This document shows, piece by piece, positions 13,565-28,553 of a stretch of 64,000 nt of DNA. Positions within the stretch are counted from its first letter, which is position 1. The number at the start of each line of letters is the position of its first letter. The notes under the pieces are model-generated. The model was not told the origin of the DNA, did not search any database, and saw nothing but the letters and a program-made list of their open reading frames with translations. The translations under genes were made by a program, and so were the position numbers. The stretch comes from Octopus sinensis (lineage: Eukaryota), in NCBI RefSeq assembly GCF_006345805.1, contig NC_043018.1, positions 17,422,001 through 17,486,000 of the forward strand. Reading direction: 5' to 3'.

Positions 13565-13746
13565 ATCGTTGGCGACTTCCTTCCTCTGCCTTCCCTTCCT
13601 TTGGATTTTTCTCTACTTCTGAAGAAGTGCTTGACTCGGAACGTTAAATCCTCTTTCTTTCCTTTCTTGAGCGTCTGATAATACAACACTTGTACCACGT
13701 CCTCCCATTATTACTTTTACTTGTTTGTTCTTCCATGCTTGGATTC

Positions 13747-13750
<4 letters not shown>
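13565..13750 (+). mobile_element. ~190 bp repeat (family M) with a degenerate minimal hammerhead motif, abutting (TA)n
   Basis: Homologous to 34635-34828 (+), 62401-62600 (-) and the 3' part at 31559-31645; CTGAAGA...GGAACGTT at 13619-13645. Confidence 0.75.
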
Positions 13751-13815
<65 letters not shown>

Positions 13816-13829
13816 ATATATATATATAT

Positions 13830-13868
<39 letters not shown>

Positions 13869-13870
<2 letters not shown>

Positions 13871-14026
13871 CGCAGGCATGGTTGTGTGGTAAGAGACTTC
13901 CTTCCCAATCATATGGTTCTGTGTTCATTCCCATTGCTTGCCACCATGGGCAGGTATCTACCATAGCCTTGGGCTGACCAAAACCTTGTCAGTGGATTTG
14001 GTAGGCGGAAACTGGAAGGAGACACG
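13869..14026 (+). mobile_element. Diverged family-X SINE (head and core)
   Basis: GGCGCAGGCATGGTTGTGTGGTAAG...GTGGATTTGGTAGGCGGAAACTG matches 20824-21245. Confidence 0.8.
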
Positions 14027-14943
14027 TTTATGCGTGTATGTATGTATGTATGTGTGTATGTATGTATGCATGTATGTATGTGTGTATGTATGTATTGGTA
14101 GAGTGTAATATCTGCTGCAGTATGACAATAGACTGTACGATCTGCCGACCTGTAGCGGTTTGCACTGGTTTGTGGGCAAACAAATGGGAGTGGAATGGCT
14201 ATGGGTTTAAACGCAGACAGAAAATCTCGCAGCCTCATACTGTGCAAAGGACCATGTGCTGCCACCTATTAGTCAGTCTTATGTCTCTCTTTGTAACACC
14301 TGTTTTACCCCGGTTTTCCCTGCAAAACAGAGGCAGGTGTGGAGAGGTGCTATGGCTTGACACAAATTAAGTACCTTCATACCAATCCACTAACATAAAT
14401 GAAACAAAACAGATTGTGTATCAACAGTGCTACATCGGAGCTTTTCCACCTGGAAAGTCGACCAAAAGTAATAGCCTGTGTGTGTGCATGTGTATGTGTG
14501 CACGTGCATCTATATTAATGTGTGTGTGTGTACATTTTAGCATGTATATACGCTTAGTATACATATTCTAATGTTATACCTGTAAAGATTAAAAAGTTGA
14601 TTCTTGTATTTCCAGAAAATTTTAATCCATGTAATAAGATTATAAATTCAGTATTATGTTAAAGACGCAGTAAATATAGTATTACGTTAAAACGAAAGCA
14701 TTTCTTACTTTGCATGCCCGGAGAAAAGTTCTAGATAATTCCATCTTTAGGAATATGCGCTTTCTCGAAGATGTATGACTTTCTGAAACATTTATTTATC
14801 GGCGTAAATCCCAGGCTTGGCAATAAAATGTTATGCAAAATCGCACAGAGATGATTCTCCCCAGAATTTCTCCTTCTTTCAGGAAGTTGGATTCGAACTG
14901 TGCTCTCCGGAATGTATGTATACATGTATGTATGTATGTATGT

Positions 14944-14989
<46 letters not shown>

Positions 14990-14991
14990 TT

Positions 14992-15029
<38 letters not shown>

Positions 15030-15149
15030 CTTTATATATACATATATATATATATACATTATATATACATATATATATATATATTATATATATATACATA
15101 TATATAATATATATATATAATATATATATACATATATATAATATATATA

Positions 15150-15198
<49 letters not shown>

Positions 15199-16767
15199 TT
15201 ATATATACAACCATCCAGAGATCTGGATGGTTGCACATTTACAAATATTTATTAACATGTTTTCTTACAAATCACAAATAAGCGCTTTCACCTACTCATA
15301 AATTTCGAGTAATTATATTTTTAATACTTTAGATTTTTATAATTTTTGCTTAAATATGTCTATGTGTTACCATTATCCCGATATCCTGCTTCTGATTCCG
15401 GGTTTAAAATTTATAGATACTATGTATATCTCTTCACATATTCCATATGTAAGTACCTTGAGCAGTCCTTCTAGAAATCACCAACTAATTAATTAATTAA
15501 GCACAAGAATGGCTATTGAACTGATTCTACATAAACTTCCCCTTTAATGTTTATGATTGATTCATAGACACCTTTTAGCTATTTTGGTTATGATATCGTT
15601 TTGGAATTCTTAAGTTTTATTTTATACATCATAACAATATTGTTTATAAACGTTCCCCATAGTGCCCCTAATAAATTTTCCCTGTATTAGCATTTAAAAT
15701 TTCTTAGTGGCTTGCCCCTTTAACTGATTTCTAACATCATGATTTAAAGTCTACCCCTACCCTGCTTCTTTTTTATAGACAGTTACTTCTATCAAATTGA
15801 CTCTTCCTAATATCTTTCCTGGAGAAAAGGGATATCAATGATAATATTTGTAACCATAGCTGTGTATTCACACTTGTTCTTTATTCAAAATAAACGCGCG
15901 TCATTAGAGTTATCGGCCTTGACAGTGCGTAGGTTTTAAGCCCAAAATAAACCCAGGAGAAGCTTTGTTTCGACGATCTCACTTGCTGGATGTTTCCTCT
16001 CCGTGATAAATATGTACAACCACTTCGAGTCTATATTTATTAAACATAACGCTACGCTAAGGTGTTTCCTTCTGCCGTGTTGTTGATATAACTATATATC
16101 ATTTACATATAACAAGATTAAATAAATAAACGCCATAATTGCAACGTTACTCTACTTACATTCGATGAATTTCAGATTCAACAGACATTATTTCCTTCTC
16201 GACTAATTACACTTCCGTTTCTCATTTTTGTACCGAAAGTATTTCACTTCGATATATGATATAATATTATTCATTATACATTTACAACATAGCATTACAT
16301 AGTGAAAAAAATTCATAATATACATTATGAGGAATCTTTAAGCCAATCAATCATTATTTTCTTCTATGAGACTATAACCGTATCTAACTCATTTTATACA
16401 ATTTAAATCTGAACTTTCTTTTAGATTAATACAGCTACTCCTCCAAAGATCACTTAATTGAACAGTCTACAAAATATATCTCTGCAATATTAAATTGTTT
16501 CCTAATATGTTATAATGATTAACCCTCACTTTAAATATAGTTTTCTATTTTTGGCTTAAATTACTTGTAAGTTCTACTGTAGTCAGAGTTCTTTTGATTC
16601 TATGTAGTAATAATAGTTAATCATGAAAAGCACTTTTTTCCAATAACATTTTTACTAATTTCTAAAGACTATATTAGGAAATGAAATTATAACTCTTACG
16701 TTGTATTTATACATATGCACTTTATGTACGCATATACATATATGTGTGTGTGTGTGTTTGTGTGTGT

Positions 16768-16798
<31 letters not shown>

Positions 16799-16947
16799 CG
16801 TGCGTGTGTGTGTGTGTGTTCAGCAAAATTCAGATTTAGATGAATATCGTACTTAAGTTAAAGGCACCAGAATTTTGTATGGTATTCTCCATATAAATCA
16901 AATGGGGTGATTATAATCAAAATAAGCAACAAGGATATCCAAGGTAG

Positions 16948-17035
16948 TGTAGTACAATAGTTTCATGCTACTTCAATTTATTAAACAATGTAAGTATTAC
17001 ATCAGTTTTAAAATGTAGAGCAATCTTCAGCCACA
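16948..17035 (-). ncRNA. Degenerate type I hammerhead-like motif
   Basis: Minus strand: TGTGG-CTGAAGA-T-TGCT...AGCA-T-GAAA-CTATTG-TA-CTACA; stem I 5 bp with one G-U; stem III one mismatch from the palindrome ACTATAGT. Confidence 0.45.
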
Positions 17036-18094
17036 TATAGATATTTTTACTTTAAATGGCAATGTACATTTTTATACTTATTTCATTTGCCAACATTATT
17101 AAGAGGGTAGATATATAGACAGATATGTTAATTTCATCATTAGGAACATAGTAGTAGAAGGTTCTACTCCATATGTAGATTTTTTATCACTGAGTTCACT
17201 TTGTTATTCAGATTTATCAATGGGGAGGGGGTTTCTTTATTTGGTTCAATGGAAACAAAGAAGATTTTTTCTCTTTTTATAGATAGAGGGAAGATTAGTA
17301 CAAATGTCGAAGCCATAATTCCATCCCCATTTTGAGGAATTTAACTTAGGCATATTTGAATGTATTTTGGCTAAAGTTAGTAGGCTGAATCGAGTGGGGT
17401 AGGGAGATTAGAGACTACTAATGCTCTAGAGATTTCTAATGTCATTTACCATTTAAAGGATATTTATTTAAAATTCACAAGCGGGATTAGGGCTGTTAAA
17501 TGGTAAGGGACATTGATTAAAAGCAAGATGAAGGAGGTATGGAAAATGCACGTTTTGTTTAACTTCACATTCAATTTTAATGATCTGAAAATAAACAAAA
17601 ATTAACTAAAATTCACTAGAAAAAAATATAAAACAAAATAGATTCCAAAATTATTCAAAAGTAGAATCTCGAAAAAAAATTTCAAAAGCGTAATAACTTC
17701 CAAAATTTAAAAAAAAACGTCGGGAACTTAGTTGCCAACCCAGAATATATATACATATTTTAACGCAGGAACTCGAAATAGACGTTGTTATAAATGCCAT
17801 TGGTAACAATATTGTTTTAGCCTGTCCTTGACCCTCCATCACACATACTCTCTGGTGCCAGCACATGTACGACCATTGTAACTAACCAACTCTCCCATTT
17901 CTCTCCATTTCTCTCCATTCCTTTCATAAAGCTTATTTTTACCCCCGAAAATTTTTTGTTGTGTATATTAGAATTTTATTATATTTTCAAGAATTGTTTA
18001 TAAACTTCGAGAGATATGAAATAAATGGTTTTAACTGTGGAACTCGAAGTGGGTAAAGCTATTAATAACATGTGAAAAAAATTCCTTGGTGAGG

Positions 18095-18170
18095 AAAATC
18101 AGAAGGCTGCGCGCGGGACTTGAACTCACATTTTCTGTGTTTATAATAAACGTGCTACCTCCACACAAAT
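18095..18170 (-). other. tRNA-like or SINE-head fragment
   Basis: Minus strand TGTGTGGAGGTAGCACG...GAGTTCAAGTCCCGCGCGCAGCC gives A/B-box-like motifs; no convincing cloverleaf. Confidence 0.3.
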
Positions 18171-19025
18171 GCGATCCATCAAAATTTCTTTAGCCATTTT
18201 GAAGTTTTTCCTGGTCCTGATTTATATGATGAATGAAGTTAATATTTTCCATGGAGTTAGTTTGTACTTGATAAACATTCAATATTTGAATTTTACAAAG
18301 GCACACTTATAAATAGCTTCTCTAAATCCATGTGAAAAGCTGCTATTCAGTTAGAGGCGTTAAGCATTTCTTCCATATCTACTTCAAGATATAGCAGTGA
18401 ATTTGTATAACCACGCAATATACCTCCGGGATTTAACAAAATTAAATACATCATGGAGCTAACGTATATCAAATTTATATTTTGCCTCCCATAACAAATT
18501 TAATCAAATTATTTTATCGTGTATGAATCGCACATCAAAATATCATTCGCGAACTACAAGCTCAACTCATATAAAAGTAAGTAAATCTTCATTTATCCTA
18601 GGCTATGGTATAGTCTAGAGATGTGTGAAAGGGTTTTAGAGTAAGATTCTTCTAGGAAATTATATAAATACTATCTTGATAAAAATGATCTCCATCTAAA
18701 AATGTCTTGATAAAACTTATGATGTGTTGGTGTCGATACCTGAACGAGGATTTTTAGAAGACAGCGATACAGCGAAAAAGAGACCGGCAAACCGTCTCTA
18801 TTTCTCGCTCTGTTGTCAAATAAAATCCCTGATATTTTGGTTTCAACGCTCTTACTGTCAGCAATACAAGTTTCAGACTTTTTTTTTTAACTACGTAATT
18901 TTTTTAACTACGTCACATCACTTACTCCACTTCAGAATCTCAGCAGAAATTGAATTCTAGTTGCTCGATTTTGTTGAAATAATAAATTAACCAATAAACG
19001 AAGACACAGATTTGATAATATATAA

Positions 19026-19060
<35 letters not shown>

Positions 19061-19133
19061 CAAACATACATACATAACTACATACATATATATATGTATG
19101 TATATATATGTATATATATATATAAATACATAC

Positions 19134-19181
<48 letters not shown>

Positions 19182-19222
19182 TATATATATATATATATGT
19201 ACATATATATATATATATGTAC

Positions 19223-19258
<36 letters not shown>

Positions 19259-19956
19259 TATATATGTATATATATATATGTACATACATATATAATATAT
19301 ATATATGTATATATATATATGTACATATATATATATATATTATATATGTATATATATATATGTATATATATATGTATATATATATATATATGTATATACA
19401 ACCACTTAGTATCATATTACTCACATAATTATATATAATTATATATAGTGTTCTGTAATTCCTTTCCTTGATCAATAATATGTAATCCTCATGGAAAATT
19501 CAGAAACTGTACGTGATGTATAGCGGTTTCTTTAGCTTTATAAAAAATTATAACCAAAACAGGAACCATATCAGATAAATCAATGCAAACATGGAAATCA
19601 GGGCTAATCGAAAGTATAATGAAAGATCATTGAGAGTAAGGGGAAGAAACTGGAGCAAATAAATCTTAGATCAATTCATTTATCGTAAAACGGTGTTAAT
19701 TTACGACACTCAAGCACGTAGGAAAATAAGCTTATTTTCTGCACCACTAGAATTTATGCCTTATTTATTTGATAGTAAAATATGTATGATGGGATCTAGG
19801 GAGCATGCTCCAAGTACGGATATAAACAAATCGATTAGATTCATCTATAATAATAGATGAATCTTATCGATTTTGTTATATTCGCGATCTGCCTATATCA
19901 TATACAGTACACACATACACAACTATATCATAAAGATGTATATATATATATATTAT

Positions 19957-20017
<61 letters not shown>

Positions 20018-20133
20018 ATATACATATATATATTTGTATGGGTGCATGTGTGTGTATGTGTGTGTACGTATGTAGATAGACACATTTACACACATAGAAA
20101 CTTGCATGAGATCGTACATATATGTACATATAC

Positions 20134-20166
<33 letters not shown>

Positions 20167-20823
20167 TGTATGTATGTATGTATGTATGATGTATGTATGT
20201 ATGTATACAAGAGCAGGCAAACGGACACGGGCACACAAAATGGTATAGAAAACTGTACGATCTGCACGTAATCCTTAGGTGAAACATTATTTCATTGTTA
20301 CCATGAATCGCACTCCTGATACGTATCCATTGATCCTTCCAAGTCAAAACGCAGAAATAGACAGAGATCCATTTCTTAAACAGTAGAATTTTCCGTCAGA
20401 TATTATTGGCTGAAATATTAGTTGAAGTCATTAATTAAAATTCTCTACGTTTTCCCACGATACTGCAGAAATTAATTTAAATATAGGGCCTGACCGTTGA
20501 TCAAATAAGAATCTAAGCAAATCTTTCAATATTATTCCTATAGAGAAACCAGGAGAGGTTTCTATTCAGCCCGTTTAACTCAATGAGTCTTCCAGCTTCC
20601 TTATCAAAAGAATTCTGTTGCCATCGCCTGGTGTATAAATAAGTATTGCTTAATTCGTGAGACAACATCAAAAGCAAAAATATTATCATTCTATCCACAA
20701 TGGTTCTAGCCTAGTCCAAGGCTTTATTGTAAGCATTTAAATGATGATATTGAATAGAGAAGGAAGCTAGATATACCTATATAAAAGGAGATAGATAAAC
20801 AGAGTGAGAGAGAGAGATAAACA

Positions 20824-21245
20824 GGCGCAGGAGTGGCTGTGTGGTAAGTAGCTTGCTAACCAACCACATGGTTCCGGGTTCAGTCCCACTGCGTGGCACC
20901 TTGGACAAGTGTCTTCTGCTATAGCCCCGGGCCGACCAAGGCCTTGTGAGTGGATTTGGTAGACGGAAACTGAAAGAAGCCTGTCGTATATATGTATATA
21001 TATATGTATATGTATGTATGTGTATGTGTTTGTGTGTCTGTGTTTGTCCCCCTAGCATTGCTTGACAACCGATGCTGGTGTGTTTACGTCCCCGTCACTT
21101 AGCGGTTCGGCAAAAGCGACCGATAGAATAAGTACTTGGCTTACAAAGAATAAGTGCCGTGGTGGAGTTGCTCGACTAAAGGCGGTGCTCCAGCATGGCC
21201 GCAGTCAAATGACTGAAACATGTAAAAGAGTAAAAGAGTAAAGAG
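20824..21245 (+). mobile_element. Full-length family-X tRNA-derived SINE with internal (TA/TG)n and (TAAAAGAG)n tail
   Basis: A box TGGCTGTGTGG, B box GGTTCAGTCC, tail AGTCAAATGACTGAAACATGTAAAAGAGTAAAAGAG; further copies 38180-38566, 38839-39440, 46191-46625, 59848-60267, 60397-60787 and an old copy near 42655-42990. Confidence 0.92.
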
Positions 21246-23217
21246 AGAGAGAAGGCAAAAAGGGAAATGCAAGACAGGAAAGAGATTAATAATGGATAGA
21301 TTGATACATGCTCAAAATATTAGTTTTAAATATTGGCACAAGGTCAGCAAAATCGGAGATGTGGAGAGGTTTATTACATTGACCCATTGTTCAGCTGGGT
21401 CTTATTTCAATCGATCTGAAAAGGATGAAAGACAATTTGAACTCAGAACGTAAAGACGGACGAAATGGCACTAAACGAGAAACGCTAATGTTTCTGCCAG
21501 CTTGCCGCCTCATATATACACAAAATATTATAATCTAGACACAAAATATACCTGTCCACTCCATTAAATGGCAGAAATGCATTAATTTTAACTGTATTTT
21601 GTCTGTTTGTTTTTATTAAGCATTAATGTCCTTGTAATCATTTTACTATTTTAAACTCGTTTTATAAACTATAAAAATCGATTTTCGTCATTAGACTAAG
21701 TTTTATAGTGTTCTTACTAAATGTTACTTTTGTACTGAATTGTTAGGTTGCGTTTTGTTATTTAAACGCTTTTTTTTTTTATTTTAGCCAAACCCAAATG
21801 TATTATTTCGCAGTTGGTAGCGTTTGTTATGTTCTGTTTTTTTCTCGATCCATACTTTATTTTTTGGTCGGTTCTTTTGCGATGAAGTCTTTTATTTAGC
21901 TTTCTGGCTGTTGTTTAGCAAAAACTGAATACTCCAGTGTTGTGTCATAACGAATCTATCTTTGGTTACAATATATTTTTGTTTGTCCCTATTTATTTAA
22001 AGATTTGATGGGACAGTTCAGTCGCTAACGACTCTCTTGGGATTTATGATCTGAGTATCAATACAGACATCAACAGAATAACACAGAGAAATCTACGGAC
22101 AGAATTAACACGCCCAGTAAATCAGCAAAAATGGCAATGCAATCAAAATGACACCACCAAAGTGAAAATAAAAATGGTGGAAATCAACCAATCAAAACAA
22201 TATGGAGGAATATAGAAAAACGATTCCACTTGCATGAAAAATATATCCGTTGACAATAAAAATAAATCAGATGGCTAAAAGTGGGTGTGATTTTAAGGAT
22301 GAAACAGGGGATTAAATATAAAATATTGTATTGCAGGCTTTCATATGTGTTTCATGGAAGACACCACAAATAAAATGTCACCTTGGAGTATAATAAGCGT
22401 TGTTTGACAAGATTAGAAGTGGCATGTGCCTGCATGTCCAATCACGTACACCATGGAACGTGTTCAAAACCGCGGAGCAAAAAAGCGCGTGAGTGTGTGT
22501 GTGTTGTGTGTGTGTGTGTGTGTGTGATTTCATGTAAAAAGAGTAAGATAAATATACATATGTGTGTCTATATATGTGTGTATATGTAAGTCTGCAAGCG
22601 TACATACACGCACACATATGTGCATGTGTGTATATATGTATGTCTGCGTATTTATATACGTACATACCTCCATACACATATAACTCATACTTTTACCTGT
22701 GCATGGGGGTTAGTAAGGAGTGCATTGATATTTTGCTTTTATTGTTAACCTTTTGTACAAGCTGATGAGTGTGTGTATGTGGTTTTTGTGAATTTTTACA
22801 AGAGATTAAAAAAAAATATCGTAATGTTTTGGACATTTTTTCCAAACATTTATTTTGAAAACTCTTCTTCAACTGGGATAGAATGAATATCGATGTGCGA
22901 AGACGTAAACAAAATAACTGCTTAATACATAAGTACGTTTCGTAATTTAATTCCTAACTTTTTAAATAAATAAGTGCTATTAAACCATGGAACACGTATA
23001 TTAAATTTCACGGAAGCATCAATAATAGATATTTGGAAGCTATAAATATTTATGATTAAAAATACGATGATTATAAAATGGGGGAAAAGAGATAACGCTA
23101 TATCACGAAATAAATGCAGCAACGTGCATGTTTATCTGCCGATTTGGGAGGGAAATTTATTCATATACGTATACCAATGCATCCCCATAAACATACACAC
23201 ACACACACACACACACT

Positions 23218-23318
<101 letters not shown>

Positions 23319-23334
23319 ATATCGATATATAATA

Positions 23335-23400
<66 letters not shown>

Positions 23401-23441
23401 TATACACAAATATAGATATATTTATATACAAACATATATGC

Positions 23442-23474
<33 letters not shown>

Positions 23475-23480
23475 CATAAA

Positions 23481-23767
23481 GATATCACTGTGATCGACCA
23501 GGCTATCAGATGTTGCTACACATCACTGGTCACAATGCGCTTCACATTGTTTCAGAGTTCAAATGACGCCACCCCGCTGGCTAAGCGAGCAGGCCAACAG
23601 AAGAATGAGTGAGAGAAAGTTGTGGCGAAAGAGTACAGCAGTGATCGCTAGCACCCACTGCCGAAGGCTCGTGAAAGTTTAGGTGTTTTCAATAAACACT
23701 CACAACGGCTGGTCTGGGAATCGAAACCGCGAGTCCGCTGCCCTAACCACTGGGCTATTACGCCACC
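23481..23767 (-). mobile_element. tRNA-derived SINE (head H2 + body B + tail T4)
   Basis: Minus head TAGCCCAGTGGTTAGGGCAGCGGACTCGCGGTTTCGATTCCC and body shared with 36824-37210, but a different 3' tail. Confidence 0.8.
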
Positions 23768-24609
23768 ACATATAAATATACAAACACACACACACATACA
23801 CACACACATACACACACACTCTCTCTCTCTCTCACTTTCTCCCTATTCATCACTCTCTTGTACTGTCTTATATCTCACTCCGCCCCTACACACTCAATAA
23901 AACTATAAAAATAGACAAAGTCTCATGAAAAATTAAATCTGAAGACACCACTAGAGTGGACGCAAGCACTGTTATATATAATTTATAAAAACATGTGACA
24001 TATTACTAAATATCTGTAAATATAAACCATCCAGATTTCTGAGTACCTTATTTCTTCTAATATATAATACATGCATATCATCTCTAATATATATATACAT
24101 ATATATATATATACACTCATAAGGCGACACCAGAGAAAGCACGAGTAATGTAAGGAACACCATTAGCGTACAGCAATTTGGGCTATAGGACGCGGTGGAC
24201 TTTATTTCAGTGCTCGGATTACATCCTAAACATTTAGCGAAGCCTTGAATATAAATAATGTAGTCGCTGGTTATAGCGGTTGAGAAAGCCATCTTGCTCT
24301 TCTCGTCATTTCTTGTTCTCATGACATTAGGTGAGCCATAAGCTCTGCTAATGGGGGATAAGAAAACAATCTTTGTCTGTAAGGTCGTGAAAAGAGAATA
24401 ATTTGGAACGAAACCTTTGTAAATGGAAAATCTTTCGGGGTGAGATGGGATTGTCTCCCTTTGAAAATTTCCAGTTGTGTCCGAAAGGGTCAGTTTATGT
24501 TCAAATTCCGTTCACAAGTACCAAGCAGGAAATCCAAATGCATTCATATATATCTTTATATATATATATCAATATATATATATGATATATATATGTATAT
24601 TATATAATA

Positions 24610-24650
<41 letters not shown>

Positions 24651-24789
24651 TTATTTATAGATATATATATCTATATATATATATGTATATATAATATAAT
24701 CTATATATATATGTATATATATATATATCTAATATATATGTATATATTATATATGTATATATATAATTATATATCGGTATATATATATG

Positions 24790-24822
<33 letters not shown>

Positions 24823-25170
24823 GTATATATATTGTATATATATATATATAGATATATATTTATATATATATGTATATAATATGTAATATATATATTAATA
24901 TATATAATATTTATATATATATGTATATATATATGTATATATATATATTATATATATAATTATGTGAAATAGAAAGATGAATAATCTTGTAGTAGATTAA
25001 TCAAAAGTTTATTTAACCGATACCTTAGTAGCAAAAATCACAGCAGTGAACAGCACGGTTGGAGGTACAACCATCTGGCGTTGCAACCGTGCGTTGGTGC
25101 GGATAATTGAAATTAAAACATTATTGGTGAATTGAAGAAATGGAGCTGAACGCAGATTGAACAGAAATCG

Positions 25171-25266
25171 TTTTATTTCATTCTACACGTGTTTCGAAAG
25201 GCACAAATTACCAAAATCCCATTGAATAATGGGACCATATTGTGTCTTTCTCATCAGGAAGAAAAA
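25171..25266 (-). ncRNA. Type I hammerhead ribozyme in the PLE pseudo-LTR (copy 1)
   Basis: TTTCTTC-CTGATGA-GAAAGACACAA...TTGTGCCTTTC-GAAA-CACGTG-TA-GAATGAAA; palindromic stem III, GUA triplet, predicted cut between 25184 and 25183. Confidence 0.8.
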
Positions 25267-25878
25267 AGGAAATCCGTTGGAAAAACAAAAAACAGAACAG
25301 AGGCAGAGCAAAAAACCAAATCGAATGTGCTCCTAAGAGCCCATGGCGAAACTGTTTATCAGTGTATGTTGAGAGAGAACCGGTGGCTGAAGAATTCAAC
25401 AGGTCAGGCATCGGTCAAACATGTGGGTGGAGGGTGTATAGATGTTCTTTGTGACCGAGAATAAGTTCTGACTATTTAAAGAATATTGGATGTTTTATAA
25501 GGGGCGAGAAAAAATCTACTTAGAGACGTGTGTGTGTGTATACTGTTATATATGTGTGTGTTGGCGTAGGGGTAGAAACACTTTTTTGTGTACGTGTGTG
25601 CGTTTGATCGTTCGGCTGCAGTGGCTACTGCCGTGATAACCGTTGGGTGGCAGAAAGAAAAAAAATAAAGAAATTATATATATATATTTTATGTTTTATG
25701 TGTGTGTGTGTGTGTTCATCTAAGCCTACCTTGACAAGGAAACCCCCCGCTGTGAAAAAACAAGCCCCGTTTGTCTTACAGGAGTAATTTCCCTTGCAGT
25801 GGTTAATTGTAGATATCTTAAAATCTATTTCAGAATTTTGTTACCAAGGGCTATGGGTGCCGGTCTTATTTATAAACG

Positions 25879-28553
25879 CTATTTAAAGGCCAGATAGTGT
25901 ACGCCGCCAATGGGGGGCATCGAAAAGCCGACTGTAAGAGCCCGTTACCATCCGGCCTCTGGCAAACAAAAAAATATGGAAGAGTTCGGAGACACAAAGG
26001 TTGCACTGTCTTCTGCCCCTATCAAATGGGGAGGGCCACCGACAAAATTGACCATTCCAGCCTATAGCTTAAGTTCGCACCTTCAGTCGCCATATTAGCT
26101 TACTGAGTCCGTGGTCTGGCGCTTGTTCACGTCCCGAAAAGTTGCGTAATGGTTGGAGACACGCAAAGACAATCTTGAGGATGATGCCCTATATAAGTGA
26201 AGGCATCTGAGTCCGTGTAAACCTTGCAATTGGTAGACGGCGTTTTGATCTTGGAGTTCGCCGACGTGAATCTTACTCTGCTAGGATTGGTTTCTGAAAT
26301 TAGAACTGCGTTCCTGTCACTATATTCGTTCCGAGACCTGCAGCCGCTTACTACTCTATTTCCACTACGTCACTATTAACTATAGGAATAACCCCTGATT
26401 CTCCACTATCTATCAGAGTGCTGTCATTGCTACTGCCCGTGGTACTGCTATTGCGGGAAATGATGCTGGGGATGCTAAAGGGGCTCTCTACCCTACTCCC
26501 ATTGTTACCATCAACCACAACACCCCTATTATAACTATACCCCTAGTGGGTACTCCCTGGCTGGAGCTGAGATTATGGTCACTGTACTGGCTCTCATATC
26601 ATTATTACTACTATAATTATTCCTACTGAGCATTAAACCGGGAGCGGAAGAGAGAGGCTGCCTCCGGAAAAAAGGTGATAGGGTCTAGTAAGTAGCCTTT
26701 ATTATGGGAGGCGATTATCTGGGCGAGGTTTTTAGTGTTGGAGAAAGCTATCCTAACTTTAGTGAGTTAACCGTGGAGTAAATTTGGAATTTCTGGGGAA
26801 GTTATTGGCGATGGCTTGTCTAAAACATGAGGGGAGGTTAGTTCTAATCTGCTTACCAAAGGGGATTACAAACCATATATGCTTATTCCTATCAGTGTGA
26901 TGGGTCGGGACGCCAGCTCTCGCATTTGGGTGGGTGATTCTCGGATGAATACGGGTCTTGGGTTAGTGTAAGACCTCCCGGACCGATAATTATCCTTGTT
27001 CGCTAAATTAAATGCGGGAGCGCTCCCCCGGTATCCGCCGCGCTCCCGTCCTTACTTAAAATGTTAATGTTATATACGGCCCTATCCTGATGACCGAATG
27101 ATGGCATCGGAAGGGCCGGATCAATATAAATTACCTTCTGCCTATAACCGGCCTTGGATAGTGCGGCGTTATAAAAATCCGCTTCTGCATAAAAATATCG
27201 GCACTGGCGGACAGGCCAGACAATCTTAGAGAGATGTTTTAACCAAATTGTCTGTTACGGTTTTGGCATGATTTGAGAAGAAGACACTGACATACTTCAA
27301 ATAGTGGAAGGCTGTATGGTAAGGGCAGTATGAGTCGCTATTAAGGTTAAGGTAACGTCTAGGAAATTAGCCTTGGTGAGTTCGTTATCAAAAACTATAC
27401 TCATGCCATTCTATTAAAAAAACCTAGCTAACCTGCTCTTAGTTTTCTTGCACTATTCTGTTCGTGGTGTGTTTTGCAGGTAAAACAGACAATCGTCACG
27501 ATACAGGCCGCCGCGATTTCCGGGAATTGATCGGACAATTCGTAGAGAATATATATTCCGACCAAATCGGCTATCTGCGCACTATCCGAACTACCCATAG
27601 GCACATCAAATTCATTGGGAGTATCCTTACGATCCACAGCTTATTATCACAAACTTAATAACGATTTCCTGGCAACTAAAATGATATCTATCTCTTCTCT
27701 GGTGAGGCCTGCCTTGTTGTGTGAGCATGCCAGAGGGCCTATATTTAGCACACTAGGGTTAATCGCGGGGTAGAAGAAGCTGGCGATATCAAACTGAATG
27801 AACCTAGTACGGTTCTTATTGGGGATGGAAGAGAACCACTTCACTACCTGCGAGGAGTTGCCCAGAGGCTGAGCTTCAGCTTGTTTACTAAACTAGGGAT
27901 ATATTTATCTAAAATGTACTACTGATTATCCCGATATCAGATCTAGCAGGGCATATGAGTCTTAGCGCTGGGTTGGTGTGGAAGTTAGGTTATGGTCCTT
28001 CACTATAAATCTGGGGTGCTTGGGCTAAGCGGCTGAGTTCTCATTTGATCGGGTGTTTTAAATATTATATCCTTAATTTCCAAGTTTACCTTCCTCAGGT
28101 TTACTCCAATTGGTTTTCTTATTTTTTCTTGATCTCTATACGAGTAAATCTAGGTACTGCTTAATGGCATCTTGTATGTGTTCCTGGTCTTGTCGGACTG
28201 GACCAGGACTCCGTCCGTTCTATTAATGTCCTTGGTAATTTATCTAGGTATGAGGTGGGCATTTCTCCTGGGTGACTTCCTGAACTTAATCTTTCTAACT
28301 ATGTCCCACAAGTCGTCCTCAAACTTCTTCAGTCTTGGGTTCGGTGGCGGCGTATCCAATGTTTTAAAAAGCCGGCCGTATTCGGACGATGCAGTTGTCC
28401 GGTTCGATTTTAGATCTTCGTTCTCGTGGAAGAAAATGAGCCATTTATCCGGTTTATGAATGCGTTGGTTTTACAAACCAACTCCTTAAGGAAGGCATCC
28501 TTTGGTGGTATAGGAATATCCTTAAGGGACGCATCAATCTCGAACAACTCCAT
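25879..28553 (-). pseudogene. PLE polyprotein (RT + GIY-YIG endonuclease), multiply frameshifted
   Basis: MELFEIDASLKDIPIPPK..., FEDDLWDIVRKIKFRK, SDKTRN, WFSSIPNK..FIQFDI (RT motif A), FDVPMGSSDSAQIADLVGIYIL (B'), GLYRDDCL (motif C, 27486-27509), FTYIG (26187-26204), LSKLIWRLK, CNLCVSE. Confidence 0.9.

Noticed and set aside
15400-17700. Very AT-rich stretch considered as a NUMT or decayed PLE (NYGF-like peptide near 17300)
   Set aside because: No mitochondrial gene motif recovered and PLE similarity is limited to a few residues
23972-24322. Minus ORF with CLGCN plus a hydrophobic stretch resembling a Ly6/GPI C-terminus
   Set aside because: The frame runs on through a microsatellite instead of stopping after the hydrophobic tail, and no upstream exons are evident
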